A stretch of 54,959 nucleotides of DNA. Source: a virus (lineage: Duplodnaviria; Caudoviricetes). Numbering within the stretch: the stretch's first letter is position 1; each line of letters opens with the position of its first letter. The position numbers and the translations under genes were made by a program. Below are positions 46,591 through 53,043 of the stretch, in pieces. The notes under the pieces are model-generated. The model ran no database searches, had not been told where the DNA came from, and worked only from the letters and a program-made list of their open reading frames with translations. The stretch covers positions 1 through 54,959 of IMG/VR virus record IMGVR_UViG_3300032232_001103; one strand, 5' to 3'.

Positions 46591-47094
46591 ATGGACACAA
46601 CGCAAGCAAACAAGATGATCAAACGGATCGCAATTTATGACATGGACGGGACTATCGTGGATTCCAGCCACCGTTACCGGACTATTCTCACCGATCAAGG
46701 TGAGCGCATTGATATTGGTTATTGGCGCGATAACCAACATTTGGCAATGTTGGATGGCCTATTGCCATTGGCTGAAAAATATAAACTCGATTGCATGGAT
46801 TTGGAATGTTTCACGATTATCGCTACTGCGCGTGTAATGAATGATCCAGATTGGCAATTTATGCGCGATCAATTGGGTATGCCAGATTATGTTATCTCGC
46901 GCACTCGTGACGATCAACAGTCGGGTTCCACGCTAAAGATTAACGGATTGATTAAATGCTTCGAAACTGCTAATATTAACTTGGCAATGATGACTGATGT
47001 TGTTTTCTATGAAGACAATGTAGATTACCTTAAAGCGGTATGCGATTATTTTAATATTCGCGGTGAATATATTCCAAGTAAACAAGGACACTAA
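46591..47094 (+). CDS. dmp: HAD-family deoxynucleoside-5'-monophosphatase (T5 Dmp-like)
   Basis: IYDMDGTIVDS.HR, D.LLPL, IIATARVM, FYEDN motifs; start 46591 or 46615; promoter -10 TATAAT at 46578. Confidence 0.8.
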   Translation: MDTTQANKMIKRIAIYDMDGTIVDSSHRYRTILTDQGERIDIGYWRDNQHLAMLDGLLPLAEKYKLDCMDLECFTIIATARVMNDPDWQFMRDQLGMPDYVISRTRDDQQSGSTLKINGLIKCFETANINLAMMTDVVFYEDNVDYLKAVCDYFNIRGEYIPSKQGH

Positions 47095-47095
47095 A

Positions 47096-47191
47096 ATGAC
47101 TAACGGAAACGATCCAGACAAAATTGTTTTTTATGCGCTGATTGCCAGCGTTTGTGCGGTTGCTTATCTTGTCTTTACCGGAGCGGTATAA
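47096..47191 (+). CDS. Small single-TM protein (31 aa; not in the ORF track)
   Basis: MTNGNDPDKIVFYALIASVCAVAYLVFTGAV; AAGGA RBS; TAATG coupling to the next gene. Confidence 0.6.
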   Translation: MTNGNDPDKIVFYALIASVCAVAYLVFTGAV

Positions 47192-47556
47192 TGAAAGCAT
47201 GGAATGAATTAACCCAATTGGAACAATTGGCAATAACCCATTGGGATCTTTATAAAGATGCACATAATGTGCGTCCTCGTTGGCTTGATACTAGCCAATG
47301 GACTGAATCCGATTTTGAATTGGCAATCGCTGAATTGTACACTATTTGCGATCGCAATGAGCGTATGCGTAATGCTGATGAAGCGGCCGCATTTGAAATT
47401 GTAAAAACGCGCATTGCCGCATTGCAAGAAATGCATGGTTTTGATTGGGCTGAAGCCGTTAATTGGTTGCACGCTGAATATGAGACTCAGGGCGATCAGG
47501 GTTATTTAGAGTTTCAATTGGGCATTGCATACGGTGCTCTTACCTTAAAGGATTGA
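47191..47556 (+). CDS. Hypothetical phage protein
   Basis: MKAWNELTQLEQ...WDLYKDAHNVRPR; GGAG RBS. Confidence 0.7.
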   Translation: MKAWNELTQLEQLAITHWDLYKDAHNVRPRWLDTSQWTESDFELAIAELYTICDRNERMRNADEAAAFEIVKTRIAALQEMHGFDWAEAVNWLHAEYETQGDQGYLEFQLGIAYGALTLKD

Positions 47557-47765
47557 TCATGGATTTTTTAAATTATGACATTCTGGATTGTTGTGGTGCT
47601 TATGGCCGCAAGGCTACATGGGACGATTGGGTTAATGGCCTAGACTTTAAAATTATTGATGGCCCGTACTTTAGCATTAAAGATTGCAATAAATTAAGCC
47701 AGGAATATGATGAATTGCATTTTCGCTCTGCAATGGGCGTTGAATTCCGGGTGTATTTAAAATAA
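47553..47765 (+). CDS. Hypothetical phage protein
   Basis: AYGR....DDW.NG.DFKI..GPYFSI motif; AAGGA RBS. Confidence 0.65.
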   Translation: MIMDFLNYDILDCCGAYGRKATWDDWVNGLDFKIIDGPYFSIKDCNKLSQEYDELHFRSAMGVEFRVYLK

Positions 47766-48027
47766 ATAACGAAATGTGTTGTATTTTTACAACACATGGC
47801 GCCAATTTTACCATGTAAAATTGGGCCGTGTCAAGAAAAATTTTGTAAATTTTTCGTGCTGTTGTATTTATACAACAGCTGACGCGCCAAAATTTTACCA
47901 CCAAAAAATTTTTTTGTCAATAGGGGAAAACCCCTATGTTGTATTTTTACAAATTTGTGGGTGGTGGCTGTTTTTGTGTTATTATGTGTTCTGGGCGTTG
48001 TGCCCTGGGTTCACACTATTATTTATC

Positions 48028-48729
48028 ATGGCCAAAAAACAGTTTTTCGCAATTCTTGATACTGAAACTACTTGCAATGATACTGTTGCAGATTTTGCAA
48101 TTGTTATTTGTGATCGTAACGGTCGCGTTTATCATAAATGCGCGGTATTGGTTCGCAATCATTTTGATTCAATGGATTTATTCTATGACAAAACAAAACA
48201 AGTCGGTGAAATGTGGTCGCGTGAATACGCAAGCAAAAAGCAAACCCAATACTTTGCAATGCTTGATTCAGGTTCGCGGCAATTGGCGTCTGTTGCCGCA
48301 ATCAATGCGTGGATTCAAAAAGCCATTGGCAAATACAACCCTACATTAACCGCTTATAATCTGGCATTTGATAAAAACAAATGTGCCAATACCGGAATTG
48401 ATCTTTCGGGTTTTGCTGAATCGTTTTGCCTTTGGCAAGCGGCAATTGGCAATATTTGCAAAAAACAATATCGTCAATTTGCATTAGACAATCATTTGTT
48501 TAATGCTCCGACTAAACACGGCAATATGTCCATTAAAACTACTGCTGAATCTGTTTTTGCGTTTTTAAATGGCCAATTTGTTGCAGAACCGCATACTGCA
48601 TTAGAAGATGCACAAGACTTTGAATTGCCAATTCTGGTAAACATTCTGAAAAAACGCAATTGGCGTGACAATATCATTGCACACGATTGGAAAAAGTTTC
48701 AAGTAAAAGATTTTTACAAGGCAATCTAA
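48028..48729 (+). CDS. DEDDh 3'-5' exonuclease
   Basis: ILDTETT (ExoI), AYNLAFD (ExoII), HTALEDA (ExoIII); true start ATG 48028. Confidence 0.85.
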   Translation: MAKKQFFAILDTETTCNDTVADFAIVICDRNGRVYHKCAVLVRNHFDSMDLFYDKTKQVGEMWSREYASKKQTQYFAMLDSGSRQLASVAAINAWIQKAIGKYNPTLTAYNLAFDKNKCANTGIDLSGFAESFCLWQAAIGNICKKQYRQFALDNHLFNAPTKHGNMSIKTTAESVFAFLNGQFVAEPHTALEDAQDFELPILVNILKKRNWRDNIIAHDWKKFQVKDFYKAI

Positions 48730-48730
48730 A

Positions 48731-49072
48731 ATGGAAAATTTAGCATATTATATTAAATTCTTGGGGCTGAAAAGCCCCGTAGAATTAACGCTTAAAACCA
48801 AATCCAATAAACATTCGGATGCAGTTTATTGGCCTAAATTTTCCAATAAAGGTAATTTAAAAGCGCATAAAATTACTGTATTCCTGGGCAATCAAACCCC
48901 TAATTCTCGGCGTTCATTGGATGAATTGATCGCGCACGAATTAATTCATGCTTGGCAACAAGAAAACAATATAGCCGAATTTCACGGACTTAATTTTATT
49001 CTGCTTGCAATTCAAATGAGCGACGAATTTAATTTGCCTAATATTTACCTTGCTGACTTAGACGACGAATAA
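48731..49072 (+). CDS. SprT-like/zincin metalloprotease
   Basis: LIAHELIHAWQ......FHG..F. Confidence 0.7.
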   Translation: MENLAYYIKFLGLKSPVELTLKTKSNKHSDAVYWPKFSNKGNLKAHKITVFLGNQTPNSRRSLDELIAHELIHAWQQENNIAEFHGLNFILLAIQMSDEFNLPNIYLADLDDE

Positions 49073-49079
49073 TTTGCAC

Positions 49080-49108
49080 TTGATTAACCCATCCCAACCC
49101 TGTATAAT
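49080..49108 (+). promoter_or_regulatory. sigma70 promoter
   Basis: TTGATT-17 bp-TATAAT upstream of GGAG RBS and 49133 ATG. Confidence 0.75.
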
Positions 49109-49132
49109 ATTAACTTAACTGGAGAAAACGCA

Positions 49133-49459
49133 ATGGCTGAAAAAACTGTAAACTACACCCCAGAGCAAACCCTGAATTTGATTGCCGATTACAAAAACGG
49201 TTTTACCGTTGAAGAATTGGCTTTGCAAATGGGCAAATCGGTTCGCTCAATTGTTGCTAAACTCTCGCGCGAGGGAGTTTACGAAAAGAAAACCTATAAA
49301 ACAAAAACCGGCGAGGCAGTTGTTAAAAAAGACGCGCACGCTGATGCAATTGGCGCAATTCTCCGATTGCCAGAAAACGACATTGAATCCCTGACCAAAT
49401 GCAATAAATCTGCATTAAAAGCAATTTTCGACGCATTGGCTAATTCAAAACCCATTTAA
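49133..49459 (+). CDS. A2: T5 A2/D3-family DNA-binding protein, paralog 2
   Basis: 91/108 aa identical to 44560..44886 by manual comparison. Confidence 0.65.
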   Translation: MAEKTVNYTPEQTLNLIADYKNGFTVEELALQMGKSVRSIVAKLSREGVYEKKTYKTKTGEAVVKKDAHADAIGAILRLPENDIESLTKCNKSALKAIFDALANSKPI

Positions 49460-49470
49460 TTGGGCGTTTA

Positions 49471-49499
49471 ATAAAACCGGCAATTGCCGGTTTTATTTT
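49471..49499. terminator. Intrinsic terminator
   Basis: ATAAAACCGGC-AATT-GCCGGTTTTATTTT. Confidence 0.8.
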
Positions 49500-49736
49500 A
49501 TGTAAATCGTTTTAAAAAATATAATCATTATATTTTTTAAAACGGCGCCAATTATACTAGTATAATTGGGAGCGTGTCAAGCGTTTTGCAAAAATACAAC
49601 ATAGGGACAAACCCTTAGAGTCGTTATAAATTTTGGAACCATGTGGCGCCAAAATTATACCATAATTTTGCGGCCCGTGTCAAGAGGATGTGCAAAAATA
49701 CAACATAGGGACAAACCCTAATAGGGTAAACCCTGA

Positions 49737-49854
49737 GCACCGGCCAGGTGCGCACCACTTTGGTGCATGCACCGTTCTGGGGCGCACCAAGTTGGTGCAT
49801 GCACTACTTTGGTGCAGCCATGCACCAGCATGGTGCAGAGGTAGGTACCTCTGC
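49737..49854. repeat. Tandem array of six 15-bp palindromes GCACC-N5-GGTGC
   Basis: Copies start at 49737, 49752, 49769, 49784, 49801, 49822; followed by palindrome GCAGAGGTA-GG-TACCTCTGC. Confidence 0.9.
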
Positions 49855-50023
49855 GCCAGTGCGAAATCTAGTGCAAATTCTTGCAGGTCCTACCGCGCCG
49901 ATTATACAGTGCTAAAGCTATCCGTGTCAAGTCAATTTTTCTGGGCCTCCAACCCGCAAAAATTTACAGTTGAGCGAGCCTGCCGAAGTCTGTATAATAT
50001 TATTTATAGACAGTAGGGAACCA

Positions 50024-50137
50024 ATGAAAGATTACCAAGAATGGCTTGAGGATTGGCGCGACGAGCATTTCGACTATCCACAGTATCCAGACCAGCAGCC
50101 AGACCCCAGTAATTTTGATCTTGATATTGACAACTGA
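50024..50137 (+). CDS. Small acidic protein (37 aa; not in the ORF track)
   Basis: MKDYQEWLEDWRDEHFDYPQYPDQQPDPSNFDLDIDN; promoter TTGAGC-17-TATAAT (49970-49998) and AGGG RBS. Confidence 0.55.
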   Translation: MKDYQEWLEDWRDEHFDYPQYPDQQPDPSNFDLDIDN

Positions 50138-50189
50138 ACACTGTATAATAGAATCTTCAACAGCGCAGAAACCGAAACACAAAGGACAT

Positions 50190-50501
50190 ATGATGACTGA
50201 CAAAACTGTAAACTACACCCCAGAGCAAACCGCTACCATTATCGGCCTGTACACCACGGGTAACTCTGTGGAGATGATCGCCGAGCAGGTTGGCAAATCG
50301 GTGCGGTCGATTGTGGCAAAACTCTCCCGTGAGGGAGTGTACATCCCTAAGACCGCGGCTAAGGGTCAGGGCCGGGTTACTAAAAGTGATTTGGTTACCA
50401 AACTGGCCGAGCATTTTAGTATTGATGCTGCTGAGCTTGTAAGCTTTGAAAAAGCCAGCTTTGCCGCACTAGAGTTGCTGGCCAGCAAACTCAAGGCATA
50501 A
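50190..50501 (+). CDS. T5 A2/D3-family DNA-binding protein, paralog 3
   Basis: KTVNYTPEQT...GKSVRSIVAKLSREGVY; AAGGA RBS; promoter TTGATA-17-TATAAT at 50121-50149. Confidence 0.7.
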   Translation: MMTDKTVNYTPEQTATIIGLYTTGNSVEMIAEQVGKSVRSIVAKLSREGVYIPKTAAKGQGRVTKSDLVTKLAEHFSIDAAELVSFEKASFAALELLASKLKA

Positions 50502-50526
50502 GCTCCAGGGGAGAAGAAATTTAATC

Positions 50527-50555
50527 TTGATTCTTCTCCCCAAACCCTGTATAAT
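50527..50555 (+). promoter_or_regulatory. sigma70 promoter for the putative large ncRNA
   Basis: TTGATT-17 bp-TATAAT; overlaps the GGGGAGAAGAA/TTCTTCTCCCC hairpin. Confidence 0.8.
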
Positions 50556-50561
50556 ATTATT

Positions 50562-51133
50562 ATAGACAGTTAGGAAAGAGCTTATCTGAAAGGACAAAGC
50601 GCAGATACCAGCATCACGGACCACTACCCCGCCCGCAAGCCAATGTATAGCTAGCAACCTGTAGTGCCAAGTCCACGGCTGACGACTGTCGAACAATTTG
50701 GGTGACAGCGGCGCGCATTTGGTGCAGCGTCTTAATTGTGGGGAATCTATGTTAGAGCCGAGCCACAGCCCTTAGCTAAATTAAAATCCTGGACCCTAAG
50801 GTTCGCAACCCAGATGGCTACCAGGTGGTTGTAAGCACCAAAACTTACCAAGTTGTCTAGAACTTGTAAATAACTTAGACAGTGTTCCTCCGGGACTTTA
50901 CGAGAGGTGTGCAACTAGAGCAGTACTGTCTAGCGGTTAGGCCCGCTGGTTAAAATATAGGCCTGGGTTGACGACGCAGTGTGCTAGCGTTTACGTTAGT
51001 TGCTCTGCCAGACCCAACGCGGAATGACAGGTCGCTGTAGCAAACCGGTTTGCGAAAACCACGTCGGACCAGCATAAAAACTTGTAAGAGTTCAAAACCC
51101 CGCAAGGCGACGGCTTTGGCGGGGTTTTGTTTT
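50562..51133 (+). ncRNA. Putative large (~570 nt) structured non-coding RNA of unknown family
   Basis: No plus-strand ORF of 60 aa or more between a strong promoter and a terminator; many local and long-range complementary segments. Confidence 0.65.
51094..51133. terminator. Intrinsic terminator (bidirectional type)
   Basis: AAAACCCCGC-loop-GCGGGGTTTTGTTTT. Confidence 0.85.
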
Positions 51134-51166
51134 GCCTAAATTTAGTAGCTTAGTAATTTTAGTGGC

Positions 51167-51230
51167 TAGTCTATTTTGCTCACTAGTCTATTTTGGTCAA
51201 TAGTCTGTTTTTGGACCTAGTCTGTTTGCC
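51167..51230. repeat. Four 17-bp-period direct repeats (TAGTCT(A/G)TTT core)
   Basis: TAGTCT at 51167, 51184, 51201, 51218. Confidence 0.85.
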
Positions 51231-51325
51231 AGCAAGGTGCTGCGCCAATATTATACAGTGCAAAACCTATGCTAGTCAAGTAAGAATTTTTTCTCTGACC
51301 CTAAACCGTGGCAAACTGTCACCCA

Positions 51326-51360
51326 CAAAAAAGCCCCACACAGACTTCTCTGTATGGGGC
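51326..51360 (-). terminator. Terminator after the D3-like gene
   Basis: Minus strand GCCCCATACAGA-GAAG-TCTGTGTGGGGC-TTTTTT; nested within an 11-bp CTGACCCTAAA/TTTAGGGTCAG inverted repeat. Confidence 0.75.
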
Positions 51361-51381
51361 GATTTAGGGTCAGATTTGGGA

Positions 51382-51708
51382 TTATGTGACTTTTGGGCAG
51401 TTATTTTCACTTAATCTAGTTTCTAGGACTTGTAGGATGCCTTTATTGACTTTTTCTAGACTTTCCAATAATTCAGGGTCCATTTTTAGCAATTTTGCTA
51501 TATTTTCTATGTGTTCTGACTTTTTTGTGGGTACTTCACCGCGTTTGTTTAAGTAGGCCTTTTTCTGGTAAACACCCAAACTGCTCAGTTTAGCAATAAT
51601 TGACCGTTCCGGCACCTCAAGCTCCTGAGCAATTTTTTGGACGTGAGTGCCGGTTTTGTACTGTTCAACCAGACGGTCAGTAATTTCTTTAGTATATTTC
51701 AAGTACAT
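51382..51708 (-). CDS. D3: T5 D3-like DNA-binding protein (A2/D3 family, paralog 4)
   Basis: KYT.E.T..LV..Y, RSIIAKLSSLGVY.K, LESLEK.NK..L; directly downstream of the D2-like gene as in T5; AGGA RBS. Confidence 0.6.
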   Translation of the reverse strand: MYLKYTKEITDRLVEQYKTGTHVQKIAQELEVPERSIIAKLSSLGVYQKKAYLNKRGEVPTKKSEHIENIAKLLKMDPELLESLEKVNKGILQVLETRLSENNCPKVT

Positions 51709-51714
51709 CTCCTA

Positions 51715-52505
51715 TTAATCTTCCCAAGGGAGTTTAAGCTCACCCTGGGGCATTTTAACATTAGTTTTTTCTTTGGACCCTAAACCGCCGAAGACTTCAC
51801 CTACCACTAACGGTTTGGGCATTTGATCCCAATTTTCAGGATCTAGGATCATCAGTTCAGTTCTGAGGCTAGGATGTGCAACCCAGATTTGGCACATAAT
51901 AGTGCTCAACAGTGTTGGAGCACCAGCAAATTGTGTAGCCCCCAAACCATGCAACTTCCATTGACTAGTAGGTTTGTTTTGTTGACCACTTTTGACGCCG
52001 GTTCTAGCAGTCAATCCAAAGTTTCTTATTTCAATCAGCTCCTCTGACCCTAAACCTAAACAATCTCCCCGATACTGCATAACTTCCAGCAGCTCTTTGT
52101 GCACTAGTGAATCTAAACCCTCAAGCTCCCAACGACTATAAGGGATCCCTTGATGTCGTTTCATGCCTGCTAGGATAAAGGTACAAGTTGCGAATAATTT
52201 CTACCCCACTCCGAACTCTGCGTTTTTACTAGTGCTCCACGCTTTAGCTGGGTAACTACTCGCCACAAACCAATATCCCAGCTGGTTTTAATGTTGCGGC
52301 GTGCCGTTGCCCTAGGGTCTAGTCTGCAATCATCAAGTGGGACCGCCTGCCAGGTGCCAAAGTACGCGGCAATTTGGGGCAGCATCCACAAGCCATAAAG
52401 GTTGAGTTGATGCTCCTCAGCTTGCTTTAGCAAATCCTCATGATTCAAATCATGATAAGCCTCAAAAGGCACAAGTTTAAGTTCGTTTGATTTTAATTTT
52501 AGCAT
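51715..52505 (-). pseudogene. D2: T5 D2-like gene split by a 1-nt frameshift near 52170-52180
   Basis: Upstream ORF ends ...NYSQLVPLS*; the shifted frame reads ILAGMKRHQGIPYSRW; joined YS.LVPL.L...K....IPYS.W and later M.CQ.WV match the recalled D2 pattern. Confidence 0.6.
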
Positions 52506-52705
52506 ATACGTATAGATACAATTTGCCTTAGTTGCTAGAAATTTTTTTAACTGTGTAAACTTCGAAAACTTGTACATTACAAAAGCTAAATTTTATTAAC
52601 GCTCTCCCCGTGGGGCTCAGGCGAGAGCTATAAAATTTGCTTTTTTATGTTTTCTTGTTTACTTGTAAAAAATTTCTTTGTTTAAACCTCTGTAGATTTA
52701 ACAAT

Positions 52706-52734
52706 ATTATAGCATAAATTATTCGATGTGTAAA
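52706..52734 (-). promoter_or_regulatory. sigma70 promoter for the D2-D3 unit
   Basis: Minus strand TTTACA-17 bp-TATAAT with TG extension. Confidence 0.7.
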
Positions 52735-52743
52735 GGTTGATTT

Positions 52744-53043
52744 TTAGTCGTGCCTATGATTTAGATACGAGTCTTGGTGGCTGTCGAAATACTCTGCGAA
52801 TGAGAGGTCTTGATCCTTGCCAAAGTCGTGCTCGTAAATCCAGTTTAAGGTATGCTCAAAAAGATCTGAGCCTAAGAGGTTATCTACCAGCTCATCATAT
52901 GCTCTATGCACAGGGCCGTAGATATTAACCTGGTTGTCTTGATCCAGCAATTTGATAGCTGCGTCTAGCCGCCGTTCCATGTCTTGATGGTGTAGCATAG
53001 TGTTAACATACTGTTCTGCAACTAAAAATTTAGTTAATGCCAT
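52744..53043 (-). CDS. Hypothetical protein
   Basis: MALTKFLVAEQY...WIYEHDFG; GAGGA RBS at the internal ATG. Confidence 0.65.
   Translation of the reverse strand: MALTKFLVAEQYVNTMLHHQDMERRLDAAIKLLDQDNQVNIYGPVHRAYDELVDNLLGSDLFEHTLNWIYEHDFGKDQDLSFAEYFDSHQDSYLNHRHD

Larger units (their letters stand above)
44408..49930. repeat. Dispersed family of intergenic palindromic modules
   Basis: GCGCC..ATT(A/T)TA-17/18 bp-TGTCAA core at 44953, 45667, 46403, 46483, 47798, 47884, 49544, 49645, 49895 (degenerate copy ~44408), flanked by GTTGTA..TACAAC and TAGGG..CCCTA palindromes. Confidence 0.9.

Noticed and set aside
44953-49900. GCGC in the repeat cores as T5-type programmed nick sites
   Set aside because: T5 nicks are associated with GCGC and a nicking-type nuclease is present, but a 4-mer is too common to call, and here it sits at a fixed distance from a -10 box, which a promoter explains better
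44408-49930. Palindromic repeats as a CRISPR array or REP/MITE elements
   Set aside because: Copies are dispersed between genes, vary in sequence and have no regular spacers; no cas or transposase genes
49690-50016. 108-aa plus-strand ORF
   Set aside because: Runs through the palindrome array and promoters, with His/Cys/Ala composition dictated by the repeats; more likely non-coding
44978-50189. Long N-terminal extensions given by the ORF track (starts 44978, 46447, 47152, 47776, 50046)
   Set aside because: They run through promoter/repeat modules or other small genes; downstream ATGs fit the RBS, promoter and domain boundaries better
50562-51133. tmRNA, RNase P RNA, tRNA cluster or group I intron
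   Set aside because: No GGGGC/CCA tRNA-like ends, no GAGGAAAGTCC, no clear T-loops; AAAATATAGGCC only loosely resembles a group I S element and there is no interrupted gene
52170-52172. TAG stop-codon recoding as the explanation for the split D2
   Set aside because: Read-through would not restore the frame, and TAG ends other genes normally (terL, HNH nuclease, 12816 gene)
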